The position numbers and the translations under genes are program-made. From an uncultured virus (IMG/VR IMGVR_UViG_3300009159_000059) (lineage: Duplodnaviria > Heunggongvirae > Uroviricota > Caudoviricetes): a stretch of 20,000 nt of DNA. The notes under the pieces are model-generated. The model made no database searches and had not been told where the DNA came from. It worked only from the letters and a program-made list of their open reading frames with translations. This document shows positions 10,101 through 16,934 of this stretch, piece after piece (positions within the stretch are counted from its first letter, which is position 1; the number at the start of each line of letters is the position of its first letter). The DNA is taken from IMG/VR virus record IMGVR_UViG_3300009159_000059. One strand, written 5' to 3'.

Positions 10101-12930
10101 GGCGGCTCTTCCAAGCGCATTTATAGCGATCAAAGATGATAATACACTTTGGGGCGTCGGTAAAGGTTACGAACCACCAAGCGGTCAATTATCCGGCTAC
10201 CATCGCTATGGTGGCGGTATCGATGCTTACTTTTCTTTTCTTACTCAGATCGGCACCGACACTGATTGGATAAGATGCTTCTCTACTCAATATGGCGCAT
10301 CATTTGCTATCAAAGATGATGGCACTCTTTGGGCGACAGGGTTAAATGCTTTATCGCCATCGCAGAGTTATAGCATACTTGGTTTCAACCCTGCTACAAC
10401 CATCGGCTTGATGTACTATACTCAAGTCGGGACAGATACTGACTGGAATAATATCGTTAGTATGTCGAGCACAATTGGGCTAAAGAGTGATGGGACTGTT
10501 TGGGGGATCGGGCAGAATCAATACGGCCAATTAGGCCAAGGATCCACAAACGCTGTCGGGCCACTGTTTACTAAATTAAACAATGCGACCGATTGGACCC
10601 AAATTGCTCAGATGAATTATGGCACTGCCTTGTTGGGCTCCTTGGTGCCTGCTCCGACACCTACTCCAACACCAACACCTACCCCAGCTTCTTATTATGT
10701 TTATGGCTCTGGTAGAAATCAAGACCATCAACTTGGTATAGACACATTTGGTGCTGATTTGAATAACATGACATTGTTGACTAGTGGCAACGCTTCATCA
10801 GTCACAATATCGAATACTTCTAGTATGCTATTGATGAATGATGGTACGCCAACACCGACACCCACGCCCACACCTACACCCACGCCCACGCCAACGCCAT
10901 CTGCTAACACAGGTGCGATTTTTGGTTTTGGTTTAACCTCGAATTCAATGAATGTAAGCATCACTAACTTAGTTAATAGCTCTGGAGTCGTAGCAGCAGA
11001 TGTTACCTATATCGGACTAGTAAGGTCAAGTATAGCGGCTGCAGCTATTGGTGGCGGTAAGGCGATTTTTGCTTATGGTGTAACTGACCAATGGTTACCT
11101 ATGGTTACATTTAATACTGTCACAAATACCGGCGATTTAGAAACAGCACAAGACCTAGTGGGAACACGCAGAAAGAATCTAGCCGCCGCCCCTTATGGTC
11201 AAGGTCAAGCAGTATTTGCCTTTGGTGTAAATGAATCAGCGGTGGCGGTTTCAATTTCTAACAAAGTATCATCGCTCGGTGTTATTGAGACAGATAGCTT
11301 CGCTGTAGGAACATCTAGATCGCTTTTGGCAGCTGCCGGTTATGGTGCAGATAAAGGCATATTTAGTTATGGGCTAACTACTGCCGGGGTTGTAACTGTC
11401 ACGAATTTGGTAAGCAATCTCGGTGATATTATTGTCGACAGTGCCGGCGTCGGTACTGCTCGGTCAGGGCTAGCGGCTTCATCTTATGGCAGCGGTAAAG
11501 CGATATTCGGCTTTGGTAACACACAGGCATATTTATCGATCACCAATTTAATAAACGAAAATGGCGTAGTAGCAACCGATACTGCTGGCGTCGGCACAGA
11601 ACGTAGTAACCTAGCAGCAGCCGGCTACGGGTCAGGCAATGCGATCTTTGGTTATGGTTATAGCGGAAGCGGTTCATATGTCTCACTAAGCAATCTGGTT
11701 TCGAATGTTGGTGTGGTAGCTACAGACACTGCTGGCATTGGAATGGCACGAGTAAACTTAGCAGCTGCTAGTCTTTTAGCTGCCCCTACACCTAGCCCAA
11801 CGCCGACTCCAACGCCTACACCAACGCCGACTCCAACGCCAACGCCTACACCAACGCCAACATCGACACATTGTTTATCACAGATCCAGAGAATAGCAAC
11901 TCCCAATGGCATGTTTGCGCATGGAAATATAGTATCTCGTGACCAAAAATATGTCTATGCTAAAATGTATGGTTCTCAAACCGGCTTTGTCCAAGGTGTG
12001 GCTCAATATAAGATTACAGCTTTAGGAACATTAGAATATTTATCTTTATACAGTACCGGGGGATGGGATATATATGAGTCGCAATCTGGGACACATGTCT
12101 ATACTATCGATAACCAAAACGATACAATAGCGATTCTATCCAGAAATACCACAGATGGCACACTGGGGACACCGACTATATTGGCGACACCATACCCACC
12201 TGGTGAATTAATTGGTTCCGCTGATGGCAAGCACATTTATATAACTAATATCAACCGCGGTCCGGCGCCATATATGGCTAGAATAATGATATATGATATC
12301 AATAGCACTAACGGGATGTTATCATACAATAACACGATAGATATTCCAGACTCATCACCAATCGCATTTTCAATGACTTTATCGCCAAGTGGTCTATATT
12401 TTTATGCTATAACTGGCGCTCCTTATGGTGTCACTAATGCTGGTAACAAACTAAACGTGTTCATACGGAATACGACCTCTGGGACGCTGATTCTAATCGA
12501 TGCATTAGATATACCCGCAAATACCAGCGATATCCTGATATCATCGGATGGTCTATATTTATACACGATGGGCTTCCAGCAAAGTAACGGGATTAATAGT
12601 ATCGAAATAAATACATATGCCATCGGTATAACAGGCGGTTTGACATCAACTGGGACCACATATGTTATGGAAGCCAACGGTGGTGTTGGTAAAACACAAA
12701 TGATAGAAGCAACGGATGGGACAGCCATCTATTGTACAAGAGGAAAATCTGGGATAGTAATCGATAAAAACCCAACGACAGGCATAATAACCGGAAGCAC
12801 GGAGATTTTAAACTTAGTGCTTGGTGGAAGCGTGACTATAGCAGCTAAAAACTCAGATGTTAGATTTATCTATGTCGGTGAATATAGCAATAAGTCTATA
12901 GTGACTCTAAGCACGCTTTGTCCACCATAA
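1165..12930 (+). CDS. Giant (3921 aa) modular fibre/adhesin with an Mtd_N anchor and multiple beta-propellers joined by Pro-Thr linkers
   Basis: Order by motif: anchor ~1165-1790; FG-GAP x3 1813-2310; RCC1 x7 ~2335-3540; Asp-box (SxDGxxW) propeller 3655-4524; RCC1 x7 ~4550-5785; small Cys-flanked beta domain 5806-6138; RCC1 x7 ~6210-7260; RCC1 x7 ~7300-8390; lactonase/YVTN-like x7 8440-9492; RCC1 x7 ~9515-10645; single RCC1 repeat 10687-10845; Kelch-like AIFG(Y/F)G x6 ~10910-11780; lactonase-like x7 11872-12921. No signal peptide is evident. Confidence 0.9.
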   Translation: MSIKIQVRRDTASNWLSVNPILSSGEIGLETDTLRFKYGDGTLKWEDLPYPSIGGGSVQSISAGYGLLGGIITSQGEINVDGNIALDVLSEQALANKAFKNKSGTFTNIFVDNGILNLDLSASNNFIVNFEEDIDSFTTSNNPENGMAFVITLVLNITTGSAVTWPSNIIWPDNVFPTSSAVGTTDIFKLLTIDGGSSFYAYIVGQGYNTNSIPPNFLDEFLSPSDGKPGDGFGISAAISKDGRTAVVGSIYNQYSGAAYVFRRSDNRWLQIAKLLGEDNESAFGTSVAISEYGDVIAVGAPQEGTNDIGAAYIFTEANDSWLNNKIIPEDSADITAKNLVRLFGSSVSLSNDGTLLIVGAPDFDVPDNQNTGAVYVFRSDGPPTPPPPPINNYYIYGTGKNTDCELGLGDKNNRALFTLIKSATPLQIAVGKNYALYIKHDGTLWATGKTGLGLPSDPMNQSYRNFIQLGSDYWLDVKANNKGTTLLINADGSLWGCGYNQDGNLGIGITTNVNDLIMLDDNNWRAISCCSSSSYGIKSDGTLWSWGDNTYGQLGHGDLYPRLYPAEVGVDAGTFGTNVTGGTGGTGGTGGTGGTGGTGGTNPVYTDWVYISQGSSAHHVFAIRNDGTNATQEDGTLWAWGKNNLYQLGLNDTIDRSTPTRVNSEFWIKVEAGTDSSAGITSAGELFVWGYNSYGELGLNDVVVRPIPTRNAFFPAFFSDLSFNGHTLIALDTIGYMYGAGFNYYGQLSQGFFSANDPSNQIRMLTQITKSGGWIIATILDSLIASRDSLLPPPVAGPTPTPVTPTPTPTSTPTPTPTPTPTPTPTPAECATVWTGRTLPGLSIGTIAASPDKIVITTADGGTAAVSTDGINWSLSSIPSTTWVDAMYANNLFLVSGYDAVNVGTQRLISSPDGINWTPIALPIGIAGKMASGNSIYLIFSVWGTSFLRSNDLITWLPGTLPTPIDWICAQVIHNGVYFLATSSNSDTYIISTDGINWTVSSFPSSTSRNWQATTFGLGLFVAINYSANPPLSLTSSDGVTWVSNTMPLVGKYSRVIFGNGFFLALIEESTYGALSYDGRTWSTVTLPYSSSWKNGVYAHDMFIVSDLGNNQNYITSPCKKTPTPTPSGTYTWHYVISGLNTRGQLGLSDIADRDQFIAQSWNTLPVNSNDFPCISHGYDHTMMVKTDGSLYAYGNNDRGQLGLPTSMGAYLNVPVLVSAGPYHTVSCGYKYSIAVAANGDIFATGANESGQLGVGDLTDKMGLTQLVGYKAYIGTDPKVGATPCVATGKTATVMVLLIRMTSGDLIPRYYSWGLNQSGQLGQSNSDYSYQTSTPSEIANLNASTQPAVYGGILNHHFFAIALDSDYNHIFCGWGNNDRGQLGNALINIDNPMLGAVSGWSSDSIKIFNVAIGQSFTAFIAQTGIGSPASLLISGANDRGQIGVPVGNSTNIFTEVPFPVNYTSWDKISAGADFIYATARQTGSRNTFGWGDNTYGQLDGGPTAPNSYISPTLLDARESETLNTNHLGFGFGGYWAYYTDTPSASACAIRLKYNGVSTRIGSNGLSFAVGDVITVAGIGGLGAWSSVDGVYKIKDFDNTNGMIVECVSPGCFNGWNTASGSLAAPIVMGRAITSNGGAVVTSTATTGNVPWEVNFYCNVTPTPTPTPTPTPTPTPTPTPSAGGSAFAAGAAGLISAKLGVITPKFTKFSPDNTSWKFAAVDSFYGAFLIKSDGTLWGSGYNTYGQLGTGTNKTVTDMVQIGTDNDWKFITADAASTIAMKDDGTIYGAGYNDSGTLGLGDRLPRMFFTLINSDTWLTIKTYRHQTVGVRSDGKLFIWGLFSDVFYSSNNINSPPRDVPFELVDAGSGYIKADCGYNTLYAIKSDGSLYGMGENGSAQIMMPPSTIIESMTKLTSSENWVDIAASDQALLLLNDIGEIFSFGIGEVLGTGKRYTPNGLEKIDKDFKYTKVFATTNVAGALKTNKRLMVWGNNYYNALSLALVNKISTPQISRPDNMYDHVALSATFSIAIGAVNLTPTPTPTIPNVLYVNGRNIYGNLATGDTIGRGSFYEILRDNAKAAAASESACAVVKSDGTLWTAGTNFNGILGQGSNNMLKQYTLMQVGTDTNWVNVESNSLSAFAAYKENGDIYVWGQSGVPDLIPFNASNPGIFTSPTLVALADISKIVYLYITDLIVIKDNGSLWAQGNNSNGNLGLGANATINTLTQVNAGPFKTSRTSYAYNGSNGMYIKTDGTLWATGANGLQTPCSGFLGTGDTSIVNVLTKIGTDTNWDKVTLIWDYGAYAIKTDGTLWGCGTQILNQNNTANFGSSLTFVQIGTDTDWHDFAGTSYQELYIIKNDGSLYAAGNNLLNNFTGPIASINRINDPMTFNYVSSGLWDNGNFFVSGILVPPGPTPTPTPTPTPTGCAISSLTLTQLAPANYNSYGIAISPDDKNIYTSSTSSPPNSLPIVNIYQRNMFNGSLTLMQNISTLVNPISICVSPDGKFVYTVIDIDAKIFIYSRNATTGVLTDVGSVATETGYLYLNTTILLQPREMCISPDGKNAYVICSRGDSPNNAMIDVFTRDIVTGLLTHFETVEGDIGPNSYSICISPDGLDVYVTDYDSVNGVRLFSRNASTGSLTFNGSIASGLDPHGIIVSPDGLSVYVTSVNNGGLNDQISIYTRDAATGLLTDAGSIATGDKPYQLSISDDGYSVYTANKTGQKISVYSRASDGSLTADGSVSTSGQYPYRSVVSHDGKNVYMTNLDSNHISVFARTCGSAPPPNTNLLVSGMRTSSIELGVPASYVPAVPNNYTFYGVSNVATWDGVFGNTNVLFATKGGELWACGRNNFGQLGIGNTTNQAELVQVGNGTDWSYVVTSGVSTLALKTDGTLWGTGYNSFGELGLGHTNQVNTFTQVGVETDHNNNIAMSTTGSSYVYRSGILYATGNNANYQLGTGNTINLSTFNAMDAQSWYNGPWMMAALPSAFIAIKDDNTLWGVGKGYEPPSGQLSGYHRYGGGIDAYFSFLTQIGTDTDWIRCFSTQYGASFAIKDDGTLWATGLNALSPSQSYSILGFNPATTIGLMYYTQVGTDTDWNNIVSMSSTIGLKSDGTVWGIGQNQYGQLGQGSTNAVGPLFTKLNNATDWTQIAQMNYGTALLGSLVPAPTPTPTPTPTPASYYVYGSGRNQDHQLGIDTFGADLNNMTLLTSGNASSVTISNTSSMLLMNDGTPTPTPTPTPTPTPTPTPSANTGAIFGFGLTSNSMNVSITNLVNSSGVVAADVTYIGLVRSSIAAAAIGGGKAIFAYGVTDQWLPMVTFNTVTNTGDLETAQDLVGTRRKNLAAAPYGQGQAVFAFGVNESAVAVSISNKVSSLGVIETDSFAVGTSRSLLAAAGYGADKGIFSYGLTTAGVVTVTNLVSNLGDIIVDSAGVGTARSGLAASSYGSGKAIFGFGNTQAYLSITNLINENGVVATDTAGVGTERSNLAAAGYGSGNAIFGYGYSGSGSYVSLSNLVSNVGVVATDTAGIGMARVNLAAASLLAAPTPSPTPTPTPTPTPTPTPTPTPTPTSTHCLSQIQRIATPNGMFAHGNIVSRDQKYVYAKMYGSQTGFVQGVAQYKITALGTLEYLSLYSTGGWDIYESQSGTHVYTIDNQNDTIAILSRNTTDGTLGTPTILATPYPPGELIGSADGKHIYITNINRGPAPYMARIMIYDINSTNGMLSYNNTIDIPDSSPIAFSMTLSPSGLYFYAITGAPYGVTNAGNKLNVFIRNTTSGTLILIDALDIPANTSDILISSDGLYLYTMGFQQSNGINSIEINTYAIGITGGLTSTGTTYVMEANGGVGKTQMIEATDGTAIYCTRGKSGIVIDKNPTTGIITGSTEILNLVLGGSVTIAAKNSDVRFIYVGEYSNKSIVTLSTLCPP
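2905..2967 (+). repeat. 9-bp tandem repeat (ACTGGCGGC)x7 encoding (TGG)7
   Basis: Six perfect copies plus ACTGGCGGT, in frame, inside a loop of the first RCC1 domain. Confidence 0.95.
3541..3648 (+). repeat. Pro-Thr linker (degenerate CCN-ACN hexamer repeat)
   Basis: PPPVAGPTPTPVTPTPTPTSTPTPT... separates the first RCC1 domain from the Asp-box propeller. Confidence 0.9.
6145..6204 (+). repeat. Pro-Thr linker (TP)10
   Basis: Degenerate hexamer repeat between the small beta domain and the third RCC1 domain. Confidence 0.9.
8392..8436 (+). repeat. Pro-Thr linker
   Basis: PPG(PT)6 lies between the fourth RCC1 domain and a lactonase-like propeller. Confidence 0.85.
10648..10686 (+). repeat. Pro-Thr linker preceding the isolated RCC1 repeat
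   Basis: Encodes [13 protein letters not shown]. Confidence 0.85.
10846..10899 (+). repeat. Pro-Thr linker (TP)9 following the isolated RCC1 repeat
   Basis: Begins directly after ...MLLMNDG. Confidence 0.9.
11785..11862 (+). repeat. Pro-Thr linker
   Basis: PTPSPTPT... lies between the Kelch-like and last lactonase-like domains. Confidence 0.9.
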
Positions 12931-12969
12931 TTTAATTTTTTTAGATATCAAGATTTAAGCGAGAATACC

Positions 12970-15900
12970 ATGACGACAAGCAACAGTTTATTATTAGCCG
13001 GCGGTAATTTTTACGGCCAGCTAGGAGCATCAAGTACTCTTAAACCAACATTTGAATATTGGGCTTTTTCTAGTAAGTATGGTCCTTGGGCTAAAGCATC
13101 AACATCAGACAGCGGTCATACACTATTGATTAATATTGACCAGACATTGTGGGCGTCAGGGAATAACGAATACGGGCAGCTGGGGATTGGCACCACCGGC
13201 GCTGGCTATACACAATTTACTAAAATTAATGATACTATACAATGGATGGACGTTGCTACTTCAAACTGGGGTTCTTATGGCCTCAGTACAGTAGGCAATT
13301 TATATATTTGGGGAAGACAGGCAAGCAATAATTTTAATCCCATTGTTTCCATCACAGAGTTAGTTGTTTTAGATTATGTGGGCGGTAAGGTAAAATTCAA
13401 AAGCCTTGCTACCGGCAGTGGTACAAATCACATGCTTTTGATCGACAATGATGGTCAACTGTGGGGATGGGGTTCAAATACACGAGGACAATTAGGCTTA
13501 GGTGATACTTCAGTGCGCATAAATCCTGTTTTGATAAACGCAAATGAATGGCTATCTGCTGCAGTCGGAGATTCTTTTTCTATAGTATTAAGGAAAGATA
13601 ACACACCATGGGGCACTGGTGCTAATGATAGTTTTCAGTTAGGCCAAGGCTCATTCGACTCAAATGATAAAACAGTCTTGACAGCAATAAATACAACATC
13701 ATCATCTTCTAAGATCATTACCCAAATCGCTGCAGGAACAAAGAGTGCCCTTGCTCTAGACAACACTGGGCAGGTTTATGGCTGGGGTGGTAATACTTAT
13801 GGCGAATTAGGCCTAGGACATAATTTAAAAGTGCCTGATGCAGCACTTATCCAGAACCTGCCAGGACCAGCAAGCTATATAGCTATTAAAGACCATTCTA
13901 TTATAGTAGTAAGCAACGAAATGCCAACTCCTACACCATGTGTGGCTGGAGAATTAATTATCGCCGGCACAGTGGCGACGGCCGTTAATGCCTACGATTT
14001 AGCGATATCAAGTGATCAGAAGAATGTCTATGTGGTTCATTTAACCGGAGACATAATATCTATCTATGATCGAAATATAACCACTGGCGCACTTACAAGT
14101 GCAGGGACCATAGCCACAGGCGAATCATCTACAGCTGTTATATTATCAAACGACGGTATCAATGTCTATGTGGTTAACTCTGCCGGCCAAACAATTTTTA
14201 TCTATAATAGGAATTTAACCACTGGCGCACTTACCAGCGCCGGAACCATAGCGACAGAAGATGCACCAAGAGACATAGTCGCATCAAATGATGGTAAAAA
14301 CGTCTATGTGGTTAATAGTCAAAGCAATACAGTCTCTATTTACGATAGAAATTTAACCACTGGCGCACTTACCAGTGCTGGAACAATAGCCACTGGTGAT
14401 AGTCCATTTAATATAGCGATATCAAATGATGACAAGAATGTTTATATAAATGAATCTGCTGATGAATTAGTGATTTATAATAGAGATTTAACCACTGGCT
14501 CACTTACCAGCGCTGGAACCATAGCCACGGAGCAGGGTAGTTGGGGTATAGCGGTGTCTAGCGATGATAAGAATGTTTATGTAGTGAATGGTGCAAATGG
14601 TAGTAGCAACACTATCTCGATCTATATTAGAAATTTATCAACTGGCGCACTTGCCAGCGCTGGTACCATAGCCACTGGTACTGGTTCACTCGGGATAGCT
14701 GTACCAAATGATGGCAAGAATGTCTATGTTGTAAACTCTGTTAGTAACACACTTTCGATTTATAGCAGAAATACTACTACTGGTGCTCTAACAATCGCTA
14801 GCACTATAGCCACTGGTTCAACGCCATACAATGTTATCGTGTCAAGCGATAGCAGACATGTTTATGTATGTAACGAGACGGACGACATAATTTCGGTCTT
14901 TACCACATGTGAATCAACACCTACTCCAACACCTACTCCAACTCCAACTCCAACTCCAACACCAACACCAACACCAACACCAACACCAACACCAACACCA
15001 ACACCAACACCATGTGTTGTTGGAGATTTAATAAGCGCAGGCACGATAGCTACGGGAGAATACCCAGCTAGTTTAGCTCTGTCTATCGATCAAAAGAATA
15101 TTTATGTTACTGGCAACTACGCAATTTCTATTTATAACAGAAATTTAACGACTGGCGCACTTACCAGCGCTGGGACCATAGCCGCAACATCGGGAACAGT
15201 TGATATAGTCGCAACGGTCGACAATATTAGCGTTTATGCTGTTAGTTCTGACAGTAATTCGATATTAATCTATAATAGAGAATTGACTGCTGGGGCACTT
15301 ACAAACTTTGGAACCATTGCTACTGGTACTGGACCGCTGAGCATAACTGCGACGATTGATAATATGAGCGTATTTGCGGCTAATTCTGGAGACGATACGC
15401 TTTCGGTATACGACAGAGATATAACCACCGGCGCACTCACTAATATTGGAACTTTAGCAACTGGAGACACGCCTCGGGACTTGGCAGTATCTAATGACGG
15501 GAAGAGCATTTATGTGACTAACCAAAATAACAATTTAATATCAATTTATAGCAGAGACTTAGTTACTAGAGTAATCACCAGCATCGGCACTATCGCAGCA
15601 GGTAGCGTGCCCTGGGGTGTAGTAGTATCTAACGATAATGATAATGTTTATGTGGTGAATGGTGGTAGCAACACAATCTCGATCTATAACCGAAACTTAA
15701 CTACTGGCACACTTACTAGCGCTGGAACCATAGCTACAGGCGATAACCCGCTCAAAATAGCTATCTCAAATGATGATACAAAAGTTTATGTGACTAGTTA
15801 TGGCATAAATTCACTTTCGATTTATAATAGAAATATAGTCACCGGCGCTTTGACTAGCGTCGGTTTTATAGCCGCCGGCACTACACCATACACAGTAGTA

Positions 15901-16899
15901 GTATCAAATAATAATAAAAACGTTTATGTGACTAATTCAGGTGCAGACACAATCTCCATTTTTGCTGTTTGTGAGTTAACTCCAACACCAACCACTTCAG
16001 TCGGTGCCGTATTTGCTTTTGGTAATAATAGTTCGAATATAATCAACCTAGTTTCAGATATCGGTATTATCACTGAGGATATAAGCGTTGTTGGTACAGC
16101 TAGATATTCGGGGGCTGCGGCATCGTTCGGGACCAGCGGAACTGGCAAAGCGATCTTTGCATATGGTGTTAACGCTAGCACCCAGTCTGTTTCTTTATCG
16201 AACATCATATCCAGTGGCGGAACTGTGGCTTATGATACAGCTGGAGTAGGCACAGCAAGATATGGCTTAGCAGCTGCAGGATACGGAGCCGGCAAAGCAC
16301 TATTTGGGTTTGGCGATGCTGGAAAATATTTTCAGTCATACATTCCAGTAAGTATAACTAATCATGTCACTGACAATGGCATAATATCTTCAGATACCAT
16401 AGGAGTTGGAACAACGAGATACGGCTTAGCTGCGGCTTCTTATGGCACAGACAAAGCAATATTTGGCTTCGGATTTAAAAACTCTCCTAATTTACATCTC
16501 TCTATAACTAATTTAGTATCGAATACTGGTGTTGTCTCGACCGACACGACTGGTGTTGGAACTGGTCGTCGTGATCTCGCCGCCGCTGGCTACGGAGGAG
16601 ACAAAGCAGTATTCGGAGGCGGTAATGGTGATTATAATTCTGGTTCATTTGGCACCTATAATCTTGTCGATAATAATGGCATAGTTTTAAACAATAACAC
16701 ATTCGCGACATTCAGGCAATGGTATGGTTCAGCCTCTTCTTTTGGGCAATCTGGAGCAGAGCAAGCTATCTTTTCTTTTGGTTTTGTTCCTAACACCCAG
16801 ACATCATTTACGCTGATAATAAATAATAATGGAATACCAAGCAGCGAAGTCGCTCAGATCGGATCGGAGAAGCATAGTGCGTCTGGTGCTAAGTTATAA
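12970..16899 (+). CDS. Anchorless modular beta-propeller protein (1309 aa): RCC1 x6, two lactonase/YVTN-like 7-blade propellers and Kelch-like x6
   Basis: RCC1 repeats span 12970-13920 (six). [13 protein letters not shown] propellers span 13939-14910 and 15013-15972. AIFGFG/TDTTGVGTAR repeats span ~16003-16896. PT linkers join the modules. A weak SD (GAGA) is at 12961-12964. Confidence 0.9.
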   Translation: MTTSNSLLLAGGNFYGQLGASSTLKPTFEYWAFSSKYGPWAKASTSDSGHTLLINIDQTLWASGNNEYGQLGIGTTGAGYTQFTKINDTIQWMDVATSNWGSYGLSTVGNLYIWGRQASNNFNPIVSITELVVLDYVGGKVKFKSLATGSGTNHMLLIDNDGQLWGWGSNTRGQLGLGDTSVRINPVLINANEWLSAAVGDSFSIVLRKDNTPWGTGANDSFQLGQGSFDSNDKTVLTAINTTSSSSKIITQIAAGTKSALALDNTGQVYGWGGNTYGELGLGHNLKVPDAALIQNLPGPASYIAIKDHSIIVVSNEMPTPTPCVAGELIIAGTVATAVNAYDLAISSDQKNVYVVHLTGDIISIYDRNITTGALTSAGTIATGESSTAVILSNDGINVYVVNSAGQTIFIYNRNLTTGALTSAGTIATEDAPRDIVASNDGKNVYVVNSQSNTVSIYDRNLTTGALTSAGTIATGDSPFNIAISNDDKNVYINESADELVIYNRDLTTGSLTSAGTIATEQGSWGIAVSSDDKNVYVVNGANGSSNTISIYIRNLSTGALASAGTIATGTGSLGIAVPNDGKNVYVVNSVSNTLSIYSRNTTTGALTIASTIATGSTPYNVIVSSDSRHVYVCNETDDIISVFTTCESTPTPTPTPTPTPTPTPTPTPTPTPTPTPTPTPCVVGDLISAGTIATGEYPASLALSIDQKNIYVTGNYAISIYNRNLTTGALTSAGTIAATSGTVDIVATVDNISVYAVSSDSNSILIYNRELTAGALTNFGTIATGTGPLSITATIDNMSVFAANSGDDTLSVYDRDITTGALTNIGTLATGDTPRDLAVSNDGKSIYVTNQNNNLISIYSRDLVTRVITSIGTIAAGSVPWGVVVSNDNDNVYVVNGGSNTISIYNRNLTTGTLTSAGTIATGDNPLKIAISNDDTKVYVTSYGINSLSIYNRNIVTGALTSVGFIAAGTTPYTVVVSNNNKNVYVTNSGADTISIFAVCELTPTPTTSVGAVFAFGNNSSNIINLVSDIGIITEDISVVGTARYSGAAASFGTSGTGKAIFAYGVNASTQSVSLSNIISSGGTVAYDTAGVGTARYGLAAAGYGAGKALFGFGDAGKYFQSYIPVSITNHVTDNGIISSDTIGVGTTRYGLAAASYGTDKAIFGFGFKNSPNLHLSITNLVSNTGVVSTDTTGVGTGRRDLAAAGYGGDKAVFGGGNGDYNSGSFGTYNLVDNNGIVLNNNTFATFRQWYGSASSFGQSGAEQAIFSFGFVPNTQTSFTLIINNNGIPSSEVAQIGSEKHSASGAKL
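14917..15012 (+). repeat. Pro-Thr linker (TP)16 including nine perfect ACACCA units
   Basis: The perfect hexamer run spans 14959-15012. Confidence 0.95.
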
Positions 16900-16920
16900 T
16901 CTAAAGAGTAAATAGATTAT

Positions 16921-16926
16921 AAGGAG
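16921..16926 (+). promoter_or_regulatory. Strong Shine-Dalgarno site
   Basis: AAGGAG lies 8 nt upstream of ATG 16935. Confidence 0.8.
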
Positions 16927-16934
16927 AAAATAAT

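Noticed and set aside
2335..10645. Eukaryotic RCC1/Ran-GEF function or a giant eukaryotic virus origin
   Set aside because: SD motifs, operon-like spacing and phage fibre anchors point to a prokaryotic virus. RCC1-like repeats are common in prokaryotic and phage surface proteins.
517..12930. Diversity-generating retroelement, suggested by the Mtd-like N-termini
   Set aside because: No reverse transcriptase, C-type lectin variable region or adenine-specific TR/VR pair was seen. Only the anchor domain is Mtd-like.
12931..12942. T-rich tract as an intrinsic terminator
   Set aside because: There is no GC-rich hairpin preceding it.
14050..15900. CRISPR-like regularly spaced repeats
   Set aside because: The repeats are degenerate, in frame and coding, with a ~138-nt period equal to one propeller blade. 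No cas genes are present.
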